The notes under the pieces: generated by a model
Database searches by the model: none
Told to the model about the DNA's origin: nothing
Seen by the model: the letters and a program-made list of their open reading frames with translations, nothing else
Shown here: positions 39,895-50,744 of the stretch, in pieces
How the letters are laid out: the number at the start of each line of letters is the position of its first letter
Position numbering within the stretch: the stretch's first letter is position 1
Translations under genes and position numbers: made by a program
Virus record (IMG/VR): IMGVR_UViG_3300025789_000024
Coordinates: 1 to 64,000 of that record
Length of the DNA stretch: 64,000 nucleotides
DNA from: a virus
Direction: 5' to 3' (one strand)

Positions 39895-40208
39895 TGGCTA
39901 ATCAAACACTTTATACTCAAGCAAGTCCATACTACAATACCAGCGTAGTAAACAATAAATTTTTAGATGTATTGAATTACAGACCTATTCCTATGTATCC
40001 AAGTGATGTTTACTTTATCATTACTGCAACATATGAATTTAGACCTGATCTATTGGCGTATGACTTATACAATGATTCAAAACTATGGTGGGTTTTTGCA
40101 GAGAGAAATCCAAATCGTTTGGGAGATGATCCTTATTTTAATTTCACACAAGGTTTAGGAATTTACGTGCCGACATTATCAACACTCAAATCTGTATTAG
40201 GAATCTAA
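39894..40208 (+). CDS. gp53: Baseplate wedge protein, gp53/LysM-like
   Basis: YEFRPDLLAYDLY....LWWVFA.RN motif. Confidence 0.8.
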   Translation: MANQTLYTQASPYYNTSVVNNKFLDVLNYRPIPMYPSDVYFIITATYEFRPDLLAYDLYNDSKLWWVFAERNPNRLGDDPYFNFTQGLGIYVPTLSTLKSVLGI

Positions 40209-40209
40209 C

Positions 40210-42921
40210 ATGGCTGACGTATTAAATGAAGATGACAGCATTAACTCAACTGCCAATACTCCTGCTGATGAAGACAGTGGGCAAGCATCATCTAACCCTA
40301 GCGATGGTACAGCACCTAGTAGTAATAACACCGCAGATGTAAATAATAATCCTACAAACAATAGTGCCAACAATTCTGCAGGACCTACTAATATAAATGG
40401 TTCTGCTGATGCAAAGCCGGGCAAAAGATTAAAAAATCCTTTAGGACAATTTGCAAGCTACACATATCAAATTAGCTTGTATATGATTACTCCTGATGCA
40501 TATGATGCATTCGTGTTAAGCGGTAGAAAAAATATTAATGCATTCAGAGACAGTAACGCAACTTTCATTAATGAAAACGGTGATCCTGAAGCTGCACAAG
40601 GTGGCGCATTTTTAATTGCACAAAGCGGTGGCATCAACAACACAACTGATGATAGAGCCCCTGGATTCAACTTTGATTATGGAATTGATAATTTAACATT
40701 TGCTACCAGTGTAGGTGCCGAAGAAAACGGAACATCAACCAATACTACTGACATTAAGTTTAATATTACAGAGCCATATGGGTTTTCATTTATTACTAAA
40801 TTAAAAGCTGCCAATCAATCACTTGCCGCGTATGCACAATCAAACGGCAATAACACACCCCAAAATCCATTAAGGAATTTCTACATATTGGGTGTAAGAT
40901 TTTACGGATACGATCAAAATGGTACTCTATTAACAGGAAACGAAAATTTTGCAGGAGGATTGTTAGATCCAAATGCACAAGGTACACAAGGTGGACTATT
41001 CACTAAGTACTGGGATATACAAATCAACAAAATGAATTTCAAAATTGATGGTAAAGCCGTAATTTACAGTGCTGAAGCATCAATACTAACTACACAAACT
41101 GCATGTACATTAAAAAGAGGCATGATTAATCACGATACTAGTATTACTGCAAATACAGTAGACGAAGCATTGGGTAAATTATTTAAAACATTAAATGACC
41201 AAGAGCAAGCACTGGTTCAAAACGGTAGTAAAGGTATCGCTAACACTTATAATTGGGCGTACAATGATGTTGCAGAAACTGATATCGGTGCCTCAAGCAT
41301 AGTTTCTCCTGCAGACTTAGACAAGTACAAATGGCCTGGTAGTGGTGCACAAACACCAACACAATCTAATCCTGCGACTGAAACTAAACAAGTACCAAAG
41401 AATGATAAAAGAACATTGTCATGGAATCAAGACACCCCGTTATTGCAGGCAATTGAAGACATTATTAAAATTAGTTCATATTTAGAAGATGCGCTTATTG
41501 CAGTATATAGTACTGCATTAGAAACAAACCCTCAAAAAGATGCACCACCTGAAGTAACCAATTCTGGCAAAAAACCCATCAGATGGTATAATTGTAGCCC
41601 ATCAATTGCTAATCCCAGATGGGATAATGTAGTGAATGACTGGGCGTTTGACATGACATTTATTATTTCTACATATGAAACACCTGTGATTAATGCAGCG
41701 TATGCACATGCAGGATCAGCATATTACGGTCCGCATAAAAGATATGAGTATTGGTATACAGGTCAAAACACTGAAATACTACACTATGAACAAAACATGG
41801 ATACAACATATAGTGTTATTGTTTTAGGTGCAGCAACTGATAGCCAAACCAATGCGGCAACTAATAGTTCAAGTAATACCGGCGGTAATAATCCAAGTGC
41901 AAGCGCACCCCAAGGTCCAGGAAATTCATTACATGGACCAAGCGAAGTGCCTATTATTGTTGACAGAAGAACCAGTCAACCTCGTTTAGGTAAATTGGGT
42001 GTGGGTATGGAAGCACAAAATAACTTTGTCACAGCAATGAATGATAAATCTGCATTAGCAACAGCTACAGTTCAGATTTTAGGGGACCCTGATTTTTTAA
42101 TGACTCCAACAAATGACAGTTTAAAAGGTGTGTACAGTAGATTTTATGGTACTGACGGGTATACTATAAACCCTAACGGAGGGCAAGTCTTTATTGAAAT
42201 TAATTTCAAAGAAGCAATAGATTACAATTGGACTGATACCAACATACAAGATAACACTGGGGTATCGCATACCGCGCAAGGTGGCATATTAGATATCAAC
42301 GATTCTATTTTATTTTGGAAGTACCCAGACGTTATACAAAAAGACATTGACAGCAGAGGTGGTGGCATAAGTTACAAACTTATCACAGTTGATAGTGTTT
42401 TTTCTAATGGTAAATTTACTCAAACTTTGCATTGCCAAGTAAATGACTTTGCCGATAGTGCTGCACTAACAGATGGTTCAGGTAGAGAAAATGAAAATAC
42501 TCCCACTACGCCAGCTCAAACAAACGGTGGTCCTAATCCCGGCGGAGGTAATACTTCTACAAGTAATACTGGTTTGGTATCAGATAACCCATCTAATCAA
42601 ACACAGCCTGCAATTCAAACACATAATCCAGTTACTGGAGTAGAACAACCAACAGCACCCGTATCAACTACAGGCAGCAACTCACCTAATCCAAACGTGA
42701 TAACAGATAGCCAATCATCTACTAGAACAGTAACAGTAACTAATGCAGACGGTACAACTACTACAACAACCACTGTAACTAACACTTCATCTAGTGTTAC
42801 TGGTGGAGGTGCAACACTTATAACAGCATCCGGTGCACAAATTATTTCGCCAACCAATAATGTAGTAGCAGATGATGATGGCGGTGTGATACCACCTAGA
42901 TTAGGTCCAGGAGGCCCATAA
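40210..42921 (+). CDS. Putative baseplate hub protein (gp27-like)
   Basis: Position between gp53 and gp5; NPL.QFASYTY, EPYGFSF, ILGDP and FSNGKFTQTL motifs. Confidence 0.55.
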   Translation: MADVLNEDDSINSTANTPADEDSGQASSNPSDGTAPSSNNTADVNNNPTNNSANNSAGPTNINGSADAKPGKRLKNPLGQFASYTYQISLYMITPDAYDAFVLSGRKNINAFRDSNATFINENGDPEAAQGGAFLIAQSGGINNTTDDRAPGFNFDYGIDNLTFATSVGAEENGTSTNTTDIKFNITEPYGFSFITKLKAANQSLAAYAQSNGNNTPQNPLRNFYILGVRFYGYDQNGTLLTGNENFAGGLLDPNAQGTQGGLFTKYWDIQINKMNFKIDGKAVIYSAEASILTTQTACTLKRGMINHDTSITANTVDEALGKLFKTLNDQEQALVQNGSKGIANTYNWAYNDVAETDIGASSIVSPADLDKYKWPGSGAQTPTQSNPATETKQVPKNDKRTLSWNQDTPLLQAIEDIIKISSYLEDALIAVYSTALETNPQKDAPPEVTNSGKKPIRWYNCSPSIANPRWDNVVNDWAFDMTFIISTYETPVINAAYAHAGSAYYGPHKRYEYWYTGQNTEILHYEQNMDTTYSVIVLGAATDSQTNAATNSSSNTGGNNPSASAPQGPGNSLHGPSEVPIIVDRRTSQPRLGKLGVGMEAQNNFVTAMNDKSALATATVQILGDPDFLMTPTNDSLKGVYSRFYGTDGYTINPNGGQVFIEINFKEAIDYNWTDTNIQDNTGVSHTAQGGILDINDSILFWKYPDVIQKDIDSRGGGISYKLITVDSVFSNGKFTQTLHCQVNDFADSAALTDGSGRENENTPTTPAQTNGGPNPGGGNTSTSNTGLVSDNPSNQTQPAIQTHNPVTGVEQPTAPVSTTGSNSPNPNVITDSQSSTRTVTVTNADGTTTTTTTVTNTSSSVTGGGATLITASGAQIISPTNNVVADDDGGVIPPRLGPGGP

Positions 42922-45900
42922 TGGCAGAAGACGTATTTAAACCCAGAGGCCCGACCAAAGCAAGCAGACCTGATGCGGGTGGCGGGAATACTCGCACAGT
43001 TCCAGTACTGGCTATAGTAAAAGATAACATTGATCCTACTAGATCAGGTAAACTCAGAGTTTATATTGGAGATAAAGGCGGCGCCAAATCAGATAATGCT
43101 GATTCTTGGGTAACAGTAAATTACATGAGCACCTTCTTTGGTCAAGTTATACCGCAGGCAGGTGATAGTGGTTACGGAGATTATAAAAATAATCCAAGTT
43201 CATACGGTGAATGGCATGCACCACCTGACATAGGTACAACTGTAGTTTGTATTTTTATTAACGGTGATCCTAACTATGGGTTCTACATAGGATGTGTGCC
43301 TGATGCAAGCGCATTACAAATGGTTCCTGCAATCGGAGCAACTGATAATGTTATTCCCAATGAAGGTGAAGCACAAAGTTACGGTGGCGCAACTAGACTA
43401 CCAGTAACAAATATCAACACAAACAATCAAAGTGTTTCAGATAGTCCTGATTTCATATCTGCACCAAAACCTATACATAGTTATGTTGCAAGTATCATGA
43501 ATCAACAGGGTATTATTCGTGATCCAATTCGAGGCCCAATATCAAGTAGTGCACAACGTGAACCTGCAAGTAGAGTAGGTTGGGGAGTAAGCACACCCGG
43601 TAGACCTATCTATTCAGGTGGTTACACCGATGAAAGCATAGCAAGTAATTTAACAGAACAGCAAGCACAACAATTAAAAGTAGTCGCACGAAGAGGTGGG
43701 CACTCAATTGTTATGGACGATGGAGATATTATTGGTCGTGACCAATTAATTAGAATTAGAACATCACTTGGACATCAAATATTAATGAGTGACGACGGTC
43801 AAACATTAATGATTCTACATTCAAATGGACAAAGTTATATTGAATTGGGTAAAGAAGGTACAATTGATATGTACTCAACTAACTCAGTCAATATTAGAAC
43901 TCAAGGAGATTTGAATTTACACGCAGACAACAATATTAATTTACATGCTGCTAAAGACATGAACTTTAAAGCAACTAACTTTAATGTTAATACCGATCAA
44001 GCAATTGCTCTTGGGGCAACAACTGACATTCAAATGTCAGCAATTAATAATGTTACTGCTTTAGCAGGCGCCGCACTTGCACTAAGTGCCGGCGGAGATG
44101 GATCATTAGCAGCCGGCGGAGATGCATATATTAATGGTAGCAAAGTAAATTTAAATTCAGGCTCAGCAAGCACACAACCGCAACAAGTTGCTGCAATTCC
44201 TATTCTTGCACAAACTGATACGTTGTATGACAAAACAACAGGGTTTTCTGCTGCACCGGGTAAACTATTGTCAATAACTTCACGTGCCCCGGCACATGCA
44301 CCATGGGCTAACGCAGGTCAAGGGGTAAATGTATCTTCTAACTTAGATTCTGATGCTAATTTACCATCACAACCTAACTCTGCTGTTGCGGCTGCAAACA
44401 ATGCAGGTGCAGAAACAAACCCAACCCCAGTTGCATTAGCAACTGCTGCCAGTGCACCTAGTGTTCCTGCAATTTCAGGGGCACTAGATTCTTCAACAAC
44501 CAATGCCCTATTAGGTGCACAAGCACAAGCCGCTGCCACAGGCCCATTAGCAGCCGCTACACAACAAGGTGCTGCTATCGTATCAACAGCGGCGGGTAAT
44601 GTAGCCGCAGTTGGTGCATTTGCACAAACACCCAATCAATTAGCGAATGCAGGTATATTGAAACCGGGTTCGGGTACTCTTATTAACGGTCTTATCCAAT
44701 CAGGGTCTAGTATTACGCAAGCAATGCCAAATGCACTGTTTACAGGGTCACCCGGTGCACAAAACTTAACGCAGTTAACGTCAAGTGTGTCCGCCCAGTC
44801 ACTTGGTGTTGTAAATAATTTACAACAAGCACAAACAGGCTTGGCATTAACAGGTGTGTTAACCGGAAAAGAAGCGCCTACTCAAGTTGCAGGTTTAGTA
44901 AATGCAGCATCAATTGCAGGGCTAGGCCCAACTGTAGGGGCAGTACAAAGTTTATCAGGAGGCGCATCTGGTTTAGTAACAAGCGCAGTAGGCTTTAGTG
45001 GAGGCAGTGTATCACAATCTGCATTAAGTGCAATCGGATCAGGAAGTGCAGCCGCCGGCGTAGCAAGCGCAACGGGCGGATTTGGTGGAATTTCAAGTGC
45101 CTTAGGAGCAATGGCAGCAGTGCCTTCGCTAACTGGATTATTAAATTTAAGTCAAGGTGTATCTGGCTCGGCATTCAATGCAATTAAAAATCAGTTTAAA
45201 CCTATGAGAGCGGGAATACCACAAAACTTAACACAAATTGCATCACAATCAGCAGTATCAAGCGCAGTGGTGTCTGGTCAAGGGCTTGGTGGTAGTTTAC
45301 TATCAGGCATTGCTGGTGGTGCAGTGGGAGGATTGGTAGGAACAGCATTAAGTGGATCAGTTAGCGGAGCCACTGCAGTGGGAATTAGTAGCACTGTCGG
45401 TGGTGCAGTTGGTAGTTTAGTAAGCAAAGCACTTAACTCTTTGACAGGACTATCGTCAGCCTCTTCAATAGCTAATGGATCATTAGGATCATCTACCAAT
45501 ATATCAGGGGCAATCAACAATAGTATACCTGGTGTTACTGGATTGTCAACATCAGTTACAAATGCATTAGGTTCTGTACCAAATCCATTAAATTCAACAT
45601 CTGCATCATTGGGTTCTATCGGCGGGGTAACTGGACTTATAAGCCAAACAACAGGAGTAAATCCTATAGGTACTAACAATATATTGGCTGCAGCAACTCA
45701 AAATGTTAATACTGTAACTGCATTAAATGGTGCAGGGACATCGTTGGCTTCCGGTGGTTTAGCACAACTTGCATCTTCTGCAACAATATTACAATCAGGA
45801 GCGGCTGGCAGCGCGGCTTCATCTTTGGCTAGTGGCATGAGTAATTTACCAGGTGGTGTAAATGTTGCCGGAGCAGTAGTTGATAACGCTACTAATGCAG

Positions 45901-46811
45901 TAAACTCATTGCCCGGCGCCGGCTCTCTAACAGGTTTAATTGGGTCAGCACAAAGTGCAGCCATGAACGGACTACCAATGCCAAGTTTACCAAGTGGGTT
46001 GGGGTCATTGTCAAGTTTAGCAAGTACCGGGCTAAGTGTAGGTGATGCGGCATCATTACAATCATCTATTTCATCATTAAGTTCAGGAACAGCAGGGGCA
46101 ATTCAGTTACCAACATTTGGTATTAATACAACTGATAGAACCGCAATAACTGATCAAATCGGCTCTGTTTTAGGTGATCCTAGCATTCCTCCCCCAAATC
46201 TAGTTGGATCTATATCTACTGCTTCCGTAAACGAAATCGATGCACTAAATCAAGCACAACAGCAAGCAACAGCACAGGCAGACGAAATTGACCAGTATCA
46301 ACAAAGAATAGCAGAGGCTTTACAAGCATATTATAATGCACAAGGTACATTACCTCAAGGTGATCCTGGTATTGATAAAGCATTGCAAGAGTTTTTAGCG
46401 GTGAAAAATGATCCTAATTATATAGCATTAGTAGCCCAACTAGAAGCTGACACTAGTGTTGATATTCCTTCGGTCGCAGGTGCCGCAGAAACAACTGCGT
46501 CTATTAATTCAAGCGCCAATGAAACTTCTATTAATGGATTGATTGCGTCTGGTGAAGGAGCATTTGGATCAAGTTTATCTAATTTAGGATCATTAAGTGG
46601 CATTGCAAGTTCAGTTTCTACCGGTAGTGAATCATTGACTTCATTGATTAATAACCCGTCTGCATTGACTAATCTGAGTTCTACCGCAGGAACTGCATTG
46701 GGATCGGTGGCAGGTCAAAGTGCAACTTCATTGCAAGCATTACAGGCTTCAGCATCATCAAATGTGCAAGCCATCAATAATTCTATTTCAGGTATCATAG
46801 GTCCTGCGTAA
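42921..46811 (+). CDS. gp5: Baseplate spike gp5/VgrG-like protein with long Ser/Gly/Ala-rich C-terminal extension
   Basis: VKDNIDP.RSG.LRV and PPDIGT.V.C.F.NGDPN OB-fold motifs, GHSIVMDD, GHQILMSD, short beta-helix; no lysozyme domain. Confidence 0.75.
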   Translation: MAEDVFKPRGPTKASRPDAGGGNTRTVPVLAIVKDNIDPTRSGKLRVYIGDKGGAKSDNADSWVTVNYMSTFFGQVIPQAGDSGYGDYKNNPSSYGEWHAPPDIGTTVVCIFINGDPNYGFYIGCVPDASALQMVPAIGATDNVIPNEGEAQSYGGATRLPVTNINTNNQSVSDSPDFISAPKPIHSYVASIMNQQGIIRDPIRGPISSSAQREPASRVGWGVSTPGRPIYSGGYTDESIASNLTEQQAQQLKVVARRGGHSIVMDDGDIIGRDQLIRIRTSLGHQILMSDDGQTLMILHSNGQSYIELGKEGTIDMYSTNSVNIRTQGDLNLHADNNINLHAAKDMNFKATNFNVNTDQAIALGATTDIQMSAINNVTALAGAALALSAGGDGSLAAGGDAYINGSKVNLNSGSASTQPQQVAAIPILAQTDTLYDKTTGFSAAPGKLLSITSRAPAHAPWANAGQGVNVSSNLDSDANLPSQPNSAVAAANNAGAETNPTPVALATAASAPSVPAISGALDSSTTNALLGAQAQAAATGPLAAATQQGAAIVSTAAGNVAAVGAFAQTPNQLANAGILKPGSGTLINGLIQSGSSITQAMPNALFTGSPGAQNLTQLTSSVSAQSLGVVNNLQQAQTGLALTGVLTGKEAPTQVAGLVNAASIAGLGPTVGAVQSLSGGASGLVTSAVGFSGGSVSQSALSAIGSGSAAAGVASATGGFGGISSALGAMAAVPSLTGLLNLSQGVSGSAFNAIKNQFKPMRAGIPQNLTQIASQSAVSSAVVSGQGLGGSLLSGIAGGAVGGLVGTALSGSVSGATAVGISSTVGGAVGSLVSKALNSLTGLSSASSIANGSLGSSTNISGAINNSIPGVTGLSTSVTNALGSVPNPLNSTSASLGSIGGVTGLISQTTGVNPIGTNNILAAATQNVNTVTALNGAGTSLASGGLAQLASSATILQSGAAGSAASSLASGMSNLPGGVNVAGAVVDNATNAVNSLPGAGSLTGLIGSAQSAAMNGLPMPSLPSGLGSLSSLASTGLSVGDAASLQSSISSLSSGTAGAIQLPTFGINTTDRTAITDQIGSVLGDPSIPPPNLVGSISTASVNEIDALNQAQQQATAQADEIDQYQQRIAEALQAYYNAQGTLPQGDPGIDKALQEFLAVKNDPNYIALVAQLEADTSVDIPSVAGAAETTASINSSANETSINGLIASGEGAFGSSLSNLGSLSGIASSVSTGSESLTSLINNPSALTNLSSTAGTALGSVAGQSATSLQALQASASSNVQAINNSISGIIGPA

Positions 46812-46830
46812 AAAATAGAATAAATACTGT

Positions 46831-47292
46831 ATGGCACAATATATTGGATTCAGTACAATCAATGCATGTCTACCCCAGACAACAAATAATGTTTCTGGGT
46901 TAGCTGCCCGCTCCCTAGACGGTGGCTTGGGATTACAACAACCGTTAAATCCTGGAAAAAAGTTTCGCTTACTTAACAGTCAATTAGTAGTGCAAGATTT
47001 AATAAATGCATTAAACATCAGACAGGGTGAAAAAGTAGGACAACCTAACTACGGTAGTGCTGTTTGGAATTTTCTATTTGACCCGAATACAGTTGATGTT
47101 CAAAATCAATTAAAAAACGAAATTAAACGTGTAGCATCACAAGACCCACGAATCATTTTAAATAATGTAAATGCTTTTCCTAAAGAAAATGGCATACTAG
47201 TTGAAATAGAAATGGCGGTCGCTCCCTTTAATAATGCGTCATTATTAAGTATATTTTTTAATCAATCAACTAATACTGCTGCCGTAGTTTAA
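46831..47292 (+). CDS. gp25: Baseplate wedge/sheath initiator gp25
   Basis: DL.N.LNIRQGEK...P.YGS....LFDP and DPRI motifs. Confidence 0.88.
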   Translation: MAQYIGFSTINACLPQTTNNVSGLAARSLDGGLGLQQPLNPGKKFRLLNSQLVVQDLINALNIRQGEKVGQPNYGSAVWNFLFDPNTVDVQNQLKNEIKRVASQDPRIILNNVNAFPKENGILVEIEMAVAPFNNASLLSIFFNQSTNTAAVV

Positions 47293-47341
47293 TCAAAAAC
47301 CAAGTTTTTGAGAATGATAAATATATTAAAAGAGAGACTCT

Positions 47342-50300
47342 ATGGCAACCAGTTCAAGACAAGCGGCATTATTCGGACTCAATGATTGGCAATCATTCTA
47401 CCAAACCTATTCCGCGGCTAACTTTCAGAGTTATGATTATGAAACATTACGTAAGAGTTTCATTGATTATCTACAACTTTACTACCCAGAAACTTTCAAT
47501 GACTACACAGAATCTAGTGAATTTATTGCATTACTAGACGTTATGGCGTTCATGGGCCAGGGTCTTGCCTTTAGAAATGACTTGAACAGTCGTGAAAACT
47601 TTATTGATACCGCAGAACGTAGAGATAGTGTTATCAAACTAGCAAATCTAGTTAGCTATGTTCCAAAACGCAACATCGCCGGTCAAGGGTTTATCAAAGT
47701 AACTAGTGTTAGCACTACACAAAATATCTCAGATATCAATGGCTTAAATTTAAGCAACTTGCAAGTTTTGTGGAATGATCCTGCTAACCCAAATTGGTTA
47801 GAACAATTCAACACTATTATCAATGCAGCACTAATCACATCACAACGTGTTGGTAAACCGGGCAACTCACAAGATATTTTAGGTGTTACTACCAGTGAAT
47901 ACAGTATTCAAATCCCAAGCACATCATTGCCGGTAGTGCCATTCAATGCAACAGTTGACAATCAAAATATGAACTTTGAATTGGTTAGTGCAAGTAGTGT
48001 TGGCAAAGATTATGTGTATGAAGTTCCACCTAGCCCATCAGGCAAGTTTAACATACTATATCGCAATGACAAATTGGGCTTTGGTAGTCCTAACACAGGA
48101 TTCTTTTTCTACTTTGTCCAGGGTAGTTTATTGAACTATGACTTTACATTGCAGCAACAAATTTCTAATCAAAATGTTCCAATTGGAAACATTCAAGGTA
48201 TTAACAATAGTGATACATGGTTATATAAATTAAATACTGACGGAACTAGAACACCTTGGGTTCAAGTTGACAACGTATATGCAAATGCTCAATTGCAAAC
48301 AGAATTTTCTAACAAAGATATTTTTTCGGTTACATCAGGATTCAATGATAGTGTAACTTATATCTTTGGTGATGGTGTGTTCTCTGCTATTCCTGTAGGA
48401 AACTTCAGAGCATATGTTCGTTCAGGTAACGCATTAACATATGTAATTCAACCTAGTGAAATGAATGGCATTAGTGTGTCATTTAGTTACATCGACCAAA
48501 CTGGTCGTGCACAAACAATTACATTTGGGTTGACATTGACGCAAACAGTAAGTACTGCCCAAGCGAGAGAAACATTAGCAAGCATTAAACAACGTGCGCC
48601 AACTCGCTACTATACACAAAATCGTATGGTTAACGGTCAAGATTACAATGATTTTCCATACTCACTATATAGTTCAATTATCAAGAGTAAGGCTATCAAT
48701 CGTAGTAGCATAGGTACATCAAAGAGTTTAGACTTGCTTGACCCTACAGGTAAATTCTCAAGCATCAATTGTTTTGGTGATGATGGTGCATTGTATCAAG
48801 ATAGTACACCTGGCTTCTATCAATTAGCATATAATAACACCAGTGATATCATTGGATTCTTTACTAGTGCATTGTCATCAGTATTGGCAGCAAATAGAGC
48901 AGTTCAATATTATATTCAAAATTACCCTAGATATGCAATTAACTCATCTACAGTTACTGGTTCTCCTGTTTACTGGAGTACAGCGCAAGTTAACGCAAGC
49001 AATGAATCTGGTTACTTTTATGAAATCAACGGTGCATTAGACATACCTCAACCAATTGGCATTTATGCAACAAGCAATCTGCAATATTTGACTATTGGGG
49101 CATTGATACAATTTACAGCACCATCTGGTTATTACTTTGATAGTAGTAATAGATTGCAAGCCGGCATACCCGGTAATGGTGATAGCACAACATTATGGTC
49201 AACTATTACTAATGTTGTTGGTGATGGTAGCAACAGCGGTACTGGTAATTTTAGTAACGGTACAGGACCTGTAACACTAAGTGGCTATGTTCCAGACGGA
49301 GTTATTTTAACTCAAGTAATCCCCACATTTAGTAATGCAGTTCCTACTACAGTAATTCAAGAATGTGTTACCTTGATGGAATTACAACAGAACTTTAGTC
49401 TAAGATTTGATAATTCAATTCCTATCAATCAACAACGTTGGTTTATTGAAGATATTAATTATCCAAATAGCTTTGTTCAATTCCAAAGCGTTGGTAATAA
49501 CATTTATTCTATCACATATCAAGCATTAACATATTATTTTGGTAGTGTAGCAAGCACACGCTTTGCATTCAATCCTAATCAAGTTGTATTTGATCCTTAT
49601 TCAGGTAAGATACTACAAGACTTTGTTAATATCTTACAAGTAAATTCCGCTCCAGGATCAAGTCAGCCATTGGGAGAAGATGTGGTAGTTAACATTCTTG
49701 GCCAAACTGTTCAAAGTGATGGTTATGTAGATGACTTCCAAGTTGAGGTTTCAACAACTAGTGTTAACAATAATCAATTGATATTAAGTCCTGACTTCTT
49801 TAATCAAGTCACTGGATATGTAAACGGTGGAACAAACATTGGTGTGTATGTGTTCTTCCAAATTGTTACTGACCCACTAAACTTACAACAAAACTATATT
49901 ATTCCTACAAGTAATGTATGTTATACGTACCCCACGCTTACACAAATTGAAGTAAACAAATATCAATATCCTGTTGGACAGTTATTTTTTGCATATAGTG
50001 AAACTAATGCACAAGGTACTACTGGTAATTTCTATGTATCTGTACAAGATCCAACTGTAATTACCCCGTCATATTCAATGGTACTACAAACAAATTACAC
50101 TTGGAAAGCAGGTCGTCAAGGTCTTGCATTCCAATATCGTCACAACAGTAATAACACAACTAGAATTGATCCGGTAACAACAAACATTATTGATTTATAT
50201 GTTGTAACTCAGTCATACTATACTGCTTACACGCAATGGGTTACTGACATTACCAATACAGTTCCTTATCCAAACATGCCTACTATCAATGAACTAACAC

Positions 50301-50743
50301 AAGAGTACGGTGAATTGGATAACTATAAAATGTTGAGTGATGCACTAATATTAAATAGTGTAGTGTTCAAACCTTTGTTTGGACCTAAAGCAAATAGTGC
50401 GTTGCAAGCAACAATCAAAGTTGTTGCGAACCCAACAACTAATGCAAGTGATAGTGAAATTAGAAGTGCTGTATTGACTGCAATGAATAATTATTTTAAC
50501 ATTAACAATTGGAATTTTGGAGACACGTTCTACTTTAGTGAATTGGCTTCATATTTGCACAACGAATGCGGAGACTTAATTAGTTCTGCGGTGTTAGTGC
50601 CAAATGATCCAAGTCAACCTTTTGGAACACTATACGAAATCAAATGTTTACCGTATGAAATTTTTGTTAATGCTGCGGTACCAAACTCGGTGGTAGTAAT
50701 ACCAGCAAACACCCCTGCGCAACTACAGGTAGGATATTTATAA
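47342..50743 (+). CDS. gp6: Baseplate wedge protein gp6-like
   Basis: DYETLR, FNDY.ESSE, ENFIDTAERRDSV, FGDGVF..IP, ETL.SIK.RAP..Y.TQNRMV..DY and FGDTFYFSEL motifs. Confidence 0.88.
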   Translation: MATSSRQAALFGLNDWQSFYQTYSAANFQSYDYETLRKSFIDYLQLYYPETFNDYTESSEFIALLDVMAFMGQGLAFRNDLNSRENFIDTAERRDSVIKLANLVSYVPKRNIAGQGFIKVTSVSTTQNISDINGLNLSNLQVLWNDPANPNWLEQFNTIINAALITSQRVGKPGNSQDILGVTTSEYSIQIPSTSLPVVPFNATVDNQNMNFELVSASSVGKDYVYEVPPSPSGKFNILYRNDKLGFGSPNTGFFFYFVQGSLLNYDFTLQQQISNQNVPIGNIQGINNSDTWLYKLNTDGTRTPWVQVDNVYANAQLQTEFSNKDIFSVTSGFNDSVTYIFGDGVFSAIPVGNFRAYVRSGNALTYVIQPSEMNGISVSFSYIDQTGRAQTITFGLTLTQTVSTAQARETLASIKQRAPTRYYTQNRMVNGQDYNDFPYSLYSSIIKSKAINRSSIGTSKSLDLLDPTGKFSSINCFGDDGALYQDSTPGFYQLAYNNTSDIIGFFTSALSSVLAANRAVQYYIQNYPRYAINSSTVTGSPVYWSTAQVNASNESGYFYEINGALDIPQPIGIYATSNLQYLTIGALIQFTAPSGYYFDSSNRLQAGIPGNGDSTTLWSTITNVVGDGSNSGTGNFSNGTGPVTLSGYVPDGVILTQVIPTFSNAVPTTVIQECVTLMELQQNFSLRFDNSIPINQQRWFIEDINYPNSFVQFQSVGNNIYSITYQALTYYFGSVASTRFAFNPNQVVFDPYSGKILQDFVNILQVNSAPGSSQPLGEDVVVNILGQTVQSDGYVDDFQVEVSTTSVNNNQLILSPDFFNQVTGYVNGGTNIGVYVFFQIVTDPLNLQQNYIIPTSNVCYTYPTLTQIEVNKYQYPVGQLFFAYSETNAQGTTGNFYVSVQDPTVITPSYSMVLQTNYTWKAGRQGLAFQYRHNSNNTTRIDPVTTNIIDLYVVTQSYYTAYTQWVTDITNTVPYPNMPTINELTQEYGELDNYKMLSDALILNSVVFKPLFGPKANSALQATIKVVANPTTNASDSEIRSAVLTAMNNYFNINNWNFGDTFYFSELASYLHNECGDLISSAVLVPNDPSQPFGTLYEIKCLPYEIFVNAAVPNSVVVIPANTPAQLQVGYL

Positions 50744-50744
50744 T

